From Oscillospiraceae bacterium (GTDB lineage: Bacteria > Bacillota > Clostridia > Oscillospirales > Ruminococcaceae), in NCBI GenBank assembly GCA_028694405.1, contig JAQUTM010000001.1, forward strand, positions 1 to 55,342: a DNA stretch of 55,342 bases. Reading direction: 5' to 3'. The notes beneath the pieces were generated by a model. That model had not been told where the DNA came from, searched no databases, and saw only the letters and a program-made list of their open reading frames with translations. Positions 39,473-48,310 of the stretch are shown piece after piece. Numbering within the stretch: the first letter of the stretch is position 1; every line of letters starts with the position of its first letter. The translations under genes were made by a program, and so were the position numbers.

Positions 39473-39510
39473 AAAAGGGTATCTTCTGTAAAAGAAGATA
39501 CCCTTTTAAA
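39473..39510 (+). terminator. rho-independent terminator of the pur operon
   Basis: AAAGGGTATCTTCT - GTAA - AGAAGATACCCTTTT, followed by A/T-rich sequence. Confidence 0.75.
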
Positions 39511-39747
39511 ATAAGAAAAATCAGATATAGGATTAAAGTAAAAGGATTGCAACACAATATTTTCAATAGCAGTTTTTTAGTTTTACAAATAGATTTTAAA
39601 AATAAAATTGCTTTGGATTTTACAGGCTTATAAAGAAAACATATCTAAATTTTCATAGTAATTTTAAAAAATATATGTTACACTAAATAAAATAGGCATA
39701 TTGTGTTATAAAAGTATAGATAAAAGTAAAAGTAAAGAGGAAACAAC

Positions 39748-40974
39748 ATGGCCAATAACAGTGATTTTAATAGTGAGGAGTTTGAGCGTCAGCTGACAGA
39801 GCTTGGCAAAACCATAGGGAAAACCATACAGACAGGTCTTGGCAGCGTTGGACGAGATTTGGGCCAAAGCTTTGGTACAGTGGGACGTGACATTGGAAAA
39901 AGCCTTGAAAATGCAGCAAAAAGCATTGAAAATGCCAGTCAAGAATATAGAAAAAATGTAGAGCAAAAGAGTGCTGCCGGCTATTATAAACCTTTAGGAA
40001 ATAAGCCTGTTTATGCCCAAAGCCGCACGGCGCCAAAACCCCAAAAGCGCTCTACCACGCGTTGGATGGCAAAGCTGCGCAGCAGCCTGGGGTTGGCACA
40101 GGGCATGTTTTTTTCCTTTTTAACTACAATTTTTGGTGGTGTGGCGGCTATCTTAGTAGCTGTCAGTTCCTCCAATGCTACTACTGATGTTGTGGCAATG
40201 TTGGCAGTGGCGGCGGTACTTGCCGTGTTTAGCTTGGCAAGTTTAATCGGTGCTATAAAAGGCTTTGGCACAAGTAAATTAAATCGTCGGTTTTGTACCT
40301 ATCAAAACATTTTAGAGGGCAGAAGCAGCTGTACCATTGAGGAGCTTGCTGCCAGCAGTGCTTTTACAGAGCCACAAGTTTTAAAAGATTTACAAAAAAT
40401 GCTGGACAATAACTACTTTGAAGAGGGTATGATAACCCCTGATAAAAAGATGTTTTTTACCAACAGGGAGGCATACCAAAAGTATATTCAATTTACCACA
40501 GCGCCGCAACAGCAAATTACCACACCGCAGCAGTCGGCAGAACGTGTAATTTTGGCAGAGGGTGCCAACTTTTTGGCAAAACTGCGCAGTGCTCAAAATA
40601 TGATTAGTGACCCCGAGGTAAAAGAAAAAGTAGAGCATATTTATAAAGTGTCAGAGCAAATTTTTACCCATGTAACCAACTATCCGGAAAAGGCAGAGCA
40701 AATTCGTAAATTTTCCAAGTATTATTTACCTACTACCGTAAAGCTGCTTGATACCTACACCAAAATGGACGTACAAGAGGTAGAAGGCACAAATGTGGAC
40801 AGTATACGAAAAGATATAAACGGCATATTATATACAATGGGTAAAGCCTATGATAACCTGTTAGACAGTTTATATGAAGACGTAGCTTTAGATGTTTCTA
40901 CGGATATTGCGGTGTTAAAGGGTTTGTTGGAGCAAGAGGGTTTAACCGAGGAAAATACATTACAGCTGGATTAA
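39748..40974 (+). CDS. XpaC-like (5-bromo-4-chloroindolyl phosphate hydrolysis protein family) membrane protein
   Basis: N-terminal VGRD(L/I)G(Q/K)S repeats, two TM helices, and a C-terminal block KFSKYYLPTTVKLLDTYTKM...DIAVLKGLLEQEGL resembling the XpaC family. Confidence 0.55.
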   Translation: MANNSDFNSEEFERQLTELGKTIGKTIQTGLGSVGRDLGQSFGTVGRDIGKSLENAAKSIENASQEYRKNVEQKSAAGYYKPLGNKPVYAQSRTAPKPQKRSTTRWMAKLRSSLGLAQGMFFSFLTTIFGGVAAILVAVSSSNATTDVVAMLAVAAVLAVFSLASLIGAIKGFGTSKLNRRFCTYQNILEGRSSCTIEELAASSAFTEPQVLKDLQKMLDNNYFEEGMITPDKKMFFTNREAYQKYIQFTTAPQQQITTPQQSAERVILAEGANFLAKLRSAQNMISDPEVKEKVEHIYKVSEQIFTHVTNYPEKAEQIRKFSKYYLPTTVKLLDTYTKMDVQEVEGTNVDSIRKDINGILYTMGKAYDNLLDSLYEDVALDVSTDIAVLKGLLEQEGLTEENTLQLD

Positions 40975-40995
40975 GCATCGTCACAAGAGAAAGAA

Positions 40996-41040
40996 AAAAG
41001 CCTTTCGCAGTTATTTTACTGCGAAAGGCTTTTGTTATTT
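40996..41040. terminator. bidirectional terminator (XpaC-like / uxaC convergent)
   Basis: AAAAGCCTTTCGCAG - TTATTTTA - CTGCGAAAGGCTTTTGTTATTT. Confidence 0.8.
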
Positions 41041-41065
41041 ATCACGGATTAAGTGCTAAAAGGAC

Positions 41066-42466
41066 TTAACCGAAAAAGTAACGATTGGCGTTGTTATAGC
41101 AAATGTCCTCTACCAAGCTGCCTACAAAGGCAATATCGGCAGGATATTCGCCGTTTTCTACCCAGCCGCCAAGCAGTTCGCACAAAATGCGGCGGAAGTA
41201 GTCATGGCGTGTGTAAGAAAGGAAGCTGCGGCTGTCGGTAAGCATACCCACAAAGTTGCCCAGCAGCCCAAGGTTGGCAAGGCTTGTCATCTGGGCTATC
41301 ATGCCGGATTTGGTGTCGTTAAACCACCATGCACTACCGTGCTGAATTTTACCTTGTGCTTCGCTGCTTTGGAAGCAGCCTAAAATGGTGCCTAAGATGG
41401 CATCATCGTTGGGGTTCAAGCTATACAAAATTGTTTTGGGCAGTTCATTTGTCATATTTAAAGCATTCAAAAAGCCTACTACGCCTAAAGCACAACTGGT
41501 GTTTGCAATGCTGTCAAAGCCGGTATCGGGGCCAAGCTTGTTAAACATCAAAGTGTTGGTGTTGCGAATAGCGCCGTAGTGCAGCTGCATTACGATATTG
41601 TTCTTTTTGTACTGACGACCCAAATGTACCAAAATAGCAGTTTTGTACATTTCGCTCTCTTCAAAAGAGACAGCTTCGCCTGCCAACGCTTTTTTCAAAA
41701 TAACATCAACGGTAGCGTCGTCTGCTTCGCGGTACATAATGTAATCAATACCGTGGTCACTGGCTTTGCAGCCGTGTTTTGCAAATTTTTCAACAGTACT
41801 GGTAAGGGCGGCACGCATGCTGTTTAAATCTTTTACATCAATGCCGGTTGCTACGCTTAGCTTTTGTACATACTCTACAAAATCTGCTTTTTCCAAATTG
41901 ATGGCTTTATCGGGACGGTAGCTGGGGATAACTTTTACTTTGCAGGTGTCGTCGTTTGCAATTTTTTCATGCCACTCTAGGGTGTCAATGGGATCATCTG
42001 TTGTACCGATGGCAACTACGTTGCTTTGCTCAATTAAACCGCGAACACTCAAGTTGTCCTCTTTTAGTTTGGCGTTGCACAGGTTCCAAACCTCCTCTGC
42101 GGTATCGCCGTTTAACACACCGTTGTAGCCAAAATAAGTTTTTAACTCTAAATGGCACCAGTGGTACATAGGATTACCGATTGCGCGTGGCAAAGCCTCT
42201 GCAAATTTTTGGAATTTTTCGCGGTCACTTGCATCGCCTGTAATATATTTTTCCTCTACACCGTTGCCGCGCATAACACGCCATTTGTAGTGATCTCCAC
42301 CTAGCCAAACCTGTGTAATGTTATCAAATCTGCGGTTGTTGGCAATTTCGGCGGGGTTAATATGACAGTGATAGTCAATAATAGGCATTTTTGCGGCGTA
42401 TTGATGATACAGCGTTTTAGCTGTATCGGTGCTTAGTAAAAAGTCCTTGTCCATAAAAGCTTTCAT
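41066..42466 (-). CDS. uxaC: glucuronate isomerase
   Basis: MKAFMDKDFLLSTDTAKTLYHQYA..PIIDYHCHI..GDHYKWR closely parallels E. coli UxaC. GGAGA SD. The 42508 start overlaps the regulator's stop, so the internal Met was chosen. Confidence 0.93.
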   Translation of the reverse strand: MKAFMDKDFLLSTDTAKTLYHQYAAKMPIIDYHCHINPAEIANNRRFDNITQVWLGGDHYKWRVMRGNGVEEKYITGDASDREKFQKFAEALPRAIGNPMYHWCHLELKTYFGYNGVLNGDTAEEVWNLCNAKLKEDNLSVRGLIEQSNVVAIGTTDDPIDTLEWHEKIANDDTCKVKVIPSYRPDKAINLEKADFVEYVQKLSVATGIDVKDLNSMRAALTSTVEKFAKHGCKASDHGIDYIMYREADDATVDVILKKALAGEAVSFEESEMYKTAILVHLGRQYKKNNIVMQLHYGAIRNTNTLMFNKLGPDTGFDSIANTSCALGVVGFLNALNMTNELPKTILYSLNPNDDAILGTILGCFQSSEAQGKIQHGSAWWFNDTKSGMIAQMTSLANLGLLGNFVGMLTDSRSFLSYTRHDYFRRILCELLGGWVENGEYPADIAFVGSLVEDICYNNANRYFFG

Positions 42467-42494
42467 AAATATATCTCCTTTTAAAAAAGTTCGT

Positions 42495-43493
42495 TTATTT
42501 ATCGGCATTACTGCCGGTTCTAAAGCTATTGCGCTCTACCAGTCGGGGAGAGAGCACAATGCGCTCAGGTACGGGTTTTTCTTTAAAAATTTCCGTTAAA
42601 ATGCTTACCGAGGTGCTGCACAGCACTTCTACCATATTGTCTACACTGGTAAGCGTAGGCAGGGTGCACTCAGCCAAAAGACTGTTATTAAAGCCGATTA
42701 CAGGTGCTTTTTTGCCCAATTTATCTAAAGCCTGCAAAGCGCCAACCGCTAAAATATCTTCACTGGTTACAATAGCGTTTATATGGGGGTGCTTTTGCAA
42801 AATAGCTTGGGCCACGGCACAGCCGTCTCCTACAGTGCGGGGAGAACGAATGGTATAGCTGTGTTTTGTAATACCAAGCTGGGTAATTGCGTTTTGAAAA
42901 CCACTCATTTTTGCTTTTCCGCTGGCAGTTTCGCAGTCATACAAGTATAAAATGTTGGAATAACCGCAATGATATAACTGCTTGACGCTGTTTTCGGTGG
43001 CGGCCGCTTCGTCACAGCTAATGCTGTAAATTCCCGGCATATCCACACGTCCGTTTATCATAATAACAGGCACTGTATGTACCGCCTGCTTAAAGTCATC
43101 GTCCAGCAAATTATCGGTAAAAGAAGAACCGATTGTAATAATAGCGTCTACACGCTTATCCAATAGGCGATTGATGCAGCGGCATTTTTCTTCTCGGGTT
43201 TCTCCTGTGCAGTAAAGCAAAACGTCATACTCTTCTGCGCGCAAAAGTTTTTCCAAAGAGCTTACTGCTTTTGCATAATACATGTCTGCTACGTCTATGC
43301 ACAGCACGCCTATCATTTTTATACTGTTAAGCCCCAAACCCCGCGCAAAAATATTAGGTGTATAACCGGTTTCTTCAATGGCTGCTAAAACCTTGGCTTT
43401 TGTTTTAGGGCTTACGTTGTCGCTTTCGTTTAAAACGCGGCTGACGGTAGCAATACTAACCCCTGCTTTTTCTGCAATATCGTAGATGTTCAT
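42495..43493 (-). CDS. LacI-family transcriptional regulator
   Basis: N-terminal HTH MNIYDIAEKAGVSIATVSRVLN plus a periplasmic-binding-protein-like sugar-binding core. Confidence 0.9.
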   Translation of the reverse strand: MNIYDIAEKAGVSIATVSRVLNESDNVSPKTKAKVLAAIEETGYTPNIFARGLGLNSIKMIGVLCIDVADMYYAKAVSSLEKLLRAEEYDVLLYCTGETREEKCRCINRLLDKRVDAIITIGSSFTDNLLDDDFKQAVHTVPVIMINGRVDMPGIYSISCDEAAATENSVKQLYHCGYSNILYLYDCETASGKAKMSGFQNAITQLGITKHSYTIRSPRTVGDGCAVAQAILQKHPHINAIVTSEDILAVGALQALDKLGKKAPVIGFNNSLLAECTLPTLTSVDNMVEVLCSTSVSILTEIFKEKPVPERIVLSPRLVERNSFRTGSNADK

Positions 43494-43554
43494 GTAATTC
43501 TCCTAACTGCGCCAAGGCTTTCAAAACACAATTTTATATGCCAAACAGAGCCTT

Positions 43555-43585
43555 TACTTACAGAAAAGCCACGCTTTTCTGTAAG
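43555..43585. repeat. perfect 14-bp inverted repeat with 3-nt spacer
   Basis: ACTTACAGAAAAGC-CAC-GCTTTTCTGTAAGT. Contains outward-facing CTTACA / TGTAAG half-sites and overlaps operator O1. Confidence 0.6.
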
Positions 43586-43592
43586 TGTTTAC
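43579..43592. promoter_or_regulatory. candidate LacI-family operator O1 (TGTAAGTGTTTACA) just downstream of the minus-strand -10
   Basis: TGTAA-N4-TTACA dyad. Minus-strand TATAAT lies at 43600-43595 and TTGCTT at 43623-43618 (17-nt spacer). Confidence 0.45.
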
Positions 43593-43708
43593 AATATTAT
43601 AACGAATATTTGCGCAGAAAGCAAGGGAATAATCTAGGCAGAATGCCGAAAAAAGAAGTTAAAAATTATAATATTTGCTATTGTATCCATTCTAAACAAG
43701 GTGTATAA

Positions 43709-43722
43709 TGTAAGCACTTACA
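43709..43722. promoter_or_regulatory. candidate LacI-family operator O2 (TGTAAGCACTTACA) abutting the uxaB -10
   Basis: Perfect 6-bp arms TGTAAG/CTTACA. Plus-strand TTGTAT (43681-43686), 17 nt spacer, TATAAT (43704-43709). Confidence 0.5.
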
Positions 43723-43795
43723 AAAGCAAAAAGAGAAAACTCTGTATGCTTTTAACAAAAAAAAGAGATAAAAAAGGTAAAAACCGGAGGATAAT

Positions 43796-45283
43796 ATGGA
43801 AAAACTAAGCTATGCTACCCTAAAGGCTCAAAACTATAATGGATATTTATTAGAAAATGCTCCCGAGCGCGTACTGCAATTTGGTGAAGGCAACTTTTTG
43901 CGTGCATTTGTAGATTACTTTATAGATGTTGCAAACGAAAAGTGCGGCTTTAACAGCAAAGTTGTATTAACCCAACCCATTGCCCCCGGCCTATCTAATA
44001 TGATTAACGCACAAGAGGGCTTGTATACCTTGTATTTGCGTGGCAGCGAAAACGGCAAAAAAATTAACGATAAACGCATTATCAGCTGCGTAAGCCGCTG
44101 CTTAAACCCCTATGAGGATTATCAGGCTTTATTGGACTGTGCCCATAATCCCGACCTGCGTTTTATTGTAAGCAACACCACCGAGGCAGGTATTGTGCAC
44201 GAGAGCGAGAGCAAATTTGACCAAGAACCGCCTGTTAGCTTTCCCGCAAAATTGACACGCCTCATGTATGAGCGCTTTAAAGTGTTTGGCAGCCAAAAAG
44301 GTAAAGGCTTTGTTATTTTGTCTTGTGAGCTGATTGATAACAACGGTAAAGAGCTGGAGCGCTGTGTGCAGGCTTACATTAAAGACTGGGGTCTTGAGGA
44401 CGCTTTTGCAGCATGGGTAAAAGAGGAGAACATTTTCTGCTCTACCTTGGTTGACCGTATTGTTACCGGTTATCCGCGCAATGAGGCTGCTGAAATTAAT
44501 GCCGCCAACAACTACGAGGATAACATTATTGATACCGGTGAAGTATTTGGATTTTGGGTTATTGAAGGACCGGAGAGCTTGAAAGAGGAGCTTCCCTTTG
44601 CAAAAGCCGGCCTGCCTGTGCTCATTACCGATGACCACACTCCTTACAAAAAACGTAAAGTGCGCATTTTAAACGGTGCCCATACAAGCATGGTTTTGGC
44701 AGCTTACCTAGCAGGCCAAGATATTGTGCGCAACTGTATGCATGACGATGTAATCAAAGGTTTTATGAATAAAACCATTTACGATGAGATTATCCCAACC
44801 TTAACCTTGCCCGAGCAAGAGCTGAAAGACTTTGCCGCCGCTGTTGAGGACCGTTTTAATAACCCGTTTATCGACCATGCGCTGCTTTCTATCAGCTTAA
44901 ACAGCACCAGCAAATGGAAAGCCCGCGTATTGCCCAGCTTTAAAGGCTTTGTAGATAAATTTGGCAAATTGCCCGCGTGCATCACCTTTAGCTTTGCAGC
45001 GTATATTGCATTTTACAACTGTGTGCGTTTGGAAGAGGACGGCATGGTTGCAGCCCGTCCGGCAGGCAATGAGTACAAAGTAAGCGATGACCGCGCAGTT
45101 TTAGAGTTTTTTGCTGCTCATAAAGATGACGACAACAAAACCTTGGCACATGCTGTTTGCACAAACATCGACATGTGGGGTGAAGATTTAACCCGGTATG
45201 CAGGTTTTGAAGAGGCAGTTGTAAAAGCTTTAGATGACATTAAAACCATGGGTGCTTACGACGCGATGAAAGCACGCATCTAA
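43796..45283 (+). CDS. uxaB: altronate oxidoreductase (tagaturonate reductase)
   Basis: ERVLQFGEGNFLRAFVDYFID matches the UxaB N-terminus (mannitol dehydrogenase family). uxaA and uxaC are nearby. Confidence 0.88.
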   Translation: MEKLSYATLKAQNYNGYLLENAPERVLQFGEGNFLRAFVDYFIDVANEKCGFNSKVVLTQPIAPGLSNMINAQEGLYTLYLRGSENGKKINDKRIISCVSRCLNPYEDYQALLDCAHNPDLRFIVSNTTEAGIVHESESKFDQEPPVSFPAKLTRLMYERFKVFGSQKGKGFVILSCELIDNNGKELERCVQAYIKDWGLEDAFAAWVKEENIFCSTLVDRIVTGYPRNEAAEINAANNYEDNIIDTGEVFGFWVIEGPESLKEELPFAKAGLPVLITDDHTPYKKRKVRILNGAHTSMVLAAYLAGQDIVRNCMHDDVIKGFMNKTIYDEIIPTLTLPEQELKDFAAAVEDRFNNPFIDHALLSISLNSTSKWKARVLPSFKGFVDKFGKLPACITFSFAAYIAFYNCVRLEEDGMVAARPAGNEYKVSDDRAVLEFFAAHKDDDNKTLAHAVCTNIDMWGEDLTRYAGFEEAVVKALDDIKTMGAYDAMKARI

Positions 45284-45303
45284 GCTAAAATATAAAAAAC
45301 CAT

Positions 45304-45344
45304 GGGGTGCAGCAGGCTTGAATAAAACCAAACCGCTGCGCCCC
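45304..45344 (+). other. intercistronic stem-loop between uxaB and uxaA, no U-tract
   Basis: GGGGTGCAGC - 21 nt - GCTGCGCCCC, 10 bp with one G-U pair. Confidence 0.35.
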
Positions 45345-45387
45345 AAAGCTGTATAAAAGCTTGCTTTATAAAACAGGAGGACACCCC

Positions 45388-46869
45388 ATGACACAGTTAA
45401 TACAAATACATGCCGAGGATAATGTTGCCGTTGCCATGTGCCCTATTGCCAAGGGTACTGAAATTGCCATTGGAGAGGTTACGGTAACAGCTTGTGAAGA
45501 TATTAAGCAAGGGCACAAAATTGCCATAAAAAATATTGCGCAGGGTGAGGCAGTAATAAAGTACGGTTTTCCCATTGGACACGCAAAAACTGTCATTGAA
45601 AAAGGCAGCTGGGTGCATGTGCACAATGTAAAAACAGGTTTAAGCGAAGAGACTGCCTACAGCTACGAACCCAATATTACACCGCTTGCACCGATTGCAG
45701 CCGAAACCTTTAACGGGTATATGCGCAAAGAGGGCCGTGCGGCTATCCGCAATGAAATTTGGATTATCCCCACTGTTGGCTGTGTAAACAGCGTGGCAGA
45801 AAAGCTGGTGCGTGATAATCAAAACCTTGTTGCAGGTAGTGTAGAAGGCTTGTACACCTTCCCACACCCTTTTGGATGCAGCCAGATGGGCGACGACCAC
45901 GCACAAACCCGCAAATTGCTTGCAGCTTTGGTAAATCACCCCAATGCGGCAGGCGTATTGGTGCTTAGCCTTGGCTGCGAAAATTTAACACCGGAGCAGT
46001 TTAAAGCCGAGCTTGGCACATGGGACGATAATCGTGTAAAATTTTTGGTATGCCAAGATGTTGAGGACGAGTTTGAAGCAGGCGGTGCATTGCTAAAACA
46101 GCTTGCAGAGTATGCAGCACAGTTTAAACGAGAAGCCATACCTGTAAGCAAACTGGTTATTGGTATGAAATGCGGCGGCAGCGACGGTTTAAGCGGCATT
46201 ACCGCAAACCCAACCGTAGGTGCCTTTAGCGATAAGCTGATTGCACGCGGCGGCACCACTGTTTTAACCGAGGTACCCGAGATGTTTGGTGCCGAGGGTA
46301 TGCTGATGAACCGCTGTGTAACAAAAGAAGTTTATGATAAAGCCGTGAATATGATTGATGGCTTTAAGCACTATTTTACCAGTCACAATCAGGTTGTTTA
46401 TGAAAACCCCAGCCCCGGCAACAAAGAAGGCGGAATTACAACGTTGGAGGATAAATCCTTAGGCTGTGTGCAAAAAGGGGGTAAGGCACCTGTAAGTGAT
46501 GTTATTGGTTACGGTGACCAGATAACCACGCAAGGCTTAAATATGTTAAGCGGCCCGGGTAATGATTTGGTAAGTGCCACTGCCATGACGGCGGCAGGTG
46601 CACATATGGTACTGTTTACAACAGGTCGCGGCACGCCCTTTGGCGCTCCTGCACCTACGGTAAAAATAAGTACAAATAACGCATTATATAATAAAAAGAA
46701 AAACTGGATTGACTTTAACGCAGGCGGCATTGCAGACGGAGACACCATTGACCAAACAGCCGAGAATTTGCTTAAATTTGTAATTGAAATTGCAAGCGGT
46801 AAGCAAACAAAAACAGAGCAAAACGGATACCGTGAAATTAGTATTTTTAAAGACGGTGTTGTACTGTAA
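45388..46869 (+). CDS. uxaA: altronate dehydratase
   Basis: LIQIHAEDNVAVA SAF-domain N-terminus and a UxaA-family C-terminus. AGGAGG SD 7 nt before the ATG at 45388. The ORF-track start at 45361 is TTG. Confidence 0.93.
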   Translation: MTQLIQIHAEDNVAVAMCPIAKGTEIAIGEVTVTACEDIKQGHKIAIKNIAQGEAVIKYGFPIGHAKTVIEKGSWVHVHNVKTGLSEETAYSYEPNITPLAPIAAETFNGYMRKEGRAAIRNEIWIIPTVGCVNSVAEKLVRDNQNLVAGSVEGLYTFPHPFGCSQMGDDHAQTRKLLAALVNHPNAAGVLVLSLGCENLTPEQFKAELGTWDDNRVKFLVCQDVEDEFEAGGALLKQLAEYAAQFKREAIPVSKLVIGMKCGGSDGLSGITANPTVGAFSDKLIARGGTTVLTEVPEMFGAEGMLMNRCVTKEVYDKAVNMIDGFKHYFTSHNQVVYENPSPGNKEGGITTLEDKSLGCVQKGGKAPVSDVIGYGDQITTQGLNMLSGPGNDLVSATAMTAAGAHMVLFTTGRGTPFGAPAPTVKISTNNALYNKKKNWIDFNAGGIADGDTIDQTAENLLKFVIEIASGKQTKTEQNGYREISIFKDGVVL

Positions 46870-46917
46870 AACCTATCTTTGCGTTTTATTTTTACGCTCT
46901 TTTGAAATATTTTAAAT

Positions 46918-46968
46918 AAAAGTAAAAGCGGTATGGCCTGTGTGGCTATACCGCTTTTACTTTTTATT
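46918..46968. terminator. bidirectional terminator (uxaA / glycan locus convergent)
   Basis: AAAGTAAAAGCGGTATGGCC - TGTGT - GGCTATACCGCTTTTACTTTTTATT. Confidence 0.8.
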
Positions 46969-47012
46969 ATATTTTAAATTTATATTGTTATATTAAAGCC
47001 GGGTATATTGGT

Positions 47013-48305
47013 TTACATTCGCCAGTCAATTAAACATTCGATACTGTCTAAATCAAATACAGGCAAGCCAAGCTCCTCTGCAACACTGCGACGTTCACTA
47101 AAGCTGTCATCAATAAAAATGGCATTTTTATGATGTTTAATATAGTGAGCCTTGTTTTCCCCCGGCGCAATATGCAGTATCTCATCAAACAGACAAATGC
47201 CGATTTTGTGAGCAGCCAGTGTGTTTTCAACATCTTTTGCGTGTTTTGTTAATAATGTGACAGTTTTTTCTTGGTTAACACATTGATATAGAAACATCAT
47301 CAAGTAGCTGTTTACTGTATCTTTATTTAAAATTAAAGTATCATCTAAATCAACATACACATGATCATATTTTATTTTGGTATCATATCGATTGATAAAA
47401 GCACGATCTACCGTAATATCATAATCGTTTGCATTTATGCTTACATCATAGTCCATTGCAGTATATAAGCTAAGCTGTGCAAAGTTGATGTTTAGGTTAC
47501 GGCTTACCCCCATAGTACCGGGAATACGGGGACTTATTTCTAAAAGCTTGTAAGCCCCTTCATTATTCTTTTTCACTTGAAAAAACCAAGCACCTTTAAA
47601 GGTGAGCTTTTGGTTTATGGTGTTTGCAATTTGCTGTACCTGTATAGGTAAAGGGACAATATGGCTGTTTACGCTAATGCCTGTTTTTATACGCGCACGG
47701 TCACGCATTTTGGCACATTGCAGTACCCCGTATTTGTCTGTAAAACAGTCTATGGTATATTCCATACCGCTTAAATATTCGCAAATTACCATAGGCTCGG
47801 TGCTTTCTTGCAAAGCTTCTTTTAGCTGTACGGCAGAAGTTATCTTTTTTGCACCCACGCTGCCTTGCCCAACGGTAGGCTTTATAAAAACAGGGTAGCT
47901 TGTCACCTCGTGCGGGTTTGCAAAGGTGCGGGGGATAAAATCTGCTCCACTGAAAAAGGCGTAAGTTTTCGCCTTGTCGCGGCAGATATCTACCGTAGGC
48001 AGAGGGGAGGTAATTACCGCTGCACAAAGTCGGTCTGTATGCTGTGCAAGCATTAAATTAACACTGTCATGAGCAGGGTAAATAAACGAAATTTCATTTT
48101 GGGTACAAACGCGGTTCATTTCTTCAATAAAGTCCGCATCTGTTACAAAGGGCAAGCCCTCAATTAAATTTTTGTATACATAGTAGGAATGGTCTCGGCT
48201 GCTGGTACCACCCCAAACCTCAAATATTGTAGAATATTTGAGCGCGTTGTGCAGCTCTAAACCGATTTCTGTGCCGGCAGGAAAAACCAATACTTTTTTC
48301 TTCAT
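47013..48305 (-). CDS. ATP-grasp ligase fused to a C-terminal HAD-like phosphatase domain
   Basis: ATP-grasp blocks PVFIKPTVGQGSVGAKKI, ICEYLSGMEYTIDCF and LLEISPRIPGTMG. HAD motif I VYVDLDDTLI, motif II TLLTKH, motif IV IFIDDS. Confidence 0.7.
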   Translation of the reverse strand: MKKKVLVFPAGTEIGLELHNALKYSTIFEVWGGTSSRDHSYYVYKNLIEGLPFVTDADFIEEMNRVCTQNEISFIYPAHDSVNLMLAQHTDRLCAAVITSPLPTVDICRDKAKTYAFFSGADFIPRTFANPHEVTSYPVFIKPTVGQGSVGAKKITSAVQLKEALQESTEPMVICEYLSGMEYTIDCFTDKYGVLQCAKMRDRARIKTGISVNSHIVPLPIQVQQIANTINQKLTFKGAWFFQVKKNNEGAYKLLEISPRIPGTMGVSRNLNINFAQLSLYTAMDYDVSINANDYDITVDRAFINRYDTKIKYDHVYVDLDDTLILNKDTVNSYLMMFLYQCVNQEKTVTLLTKHAKDVENTLAAHKIGICLFDEILHIAPGENKAHYIKHHKNAIFIDDSFSERRSVAEELGLPVFDLDSIECLIDWRM

Positions 48306-48310
48306 AGCTT

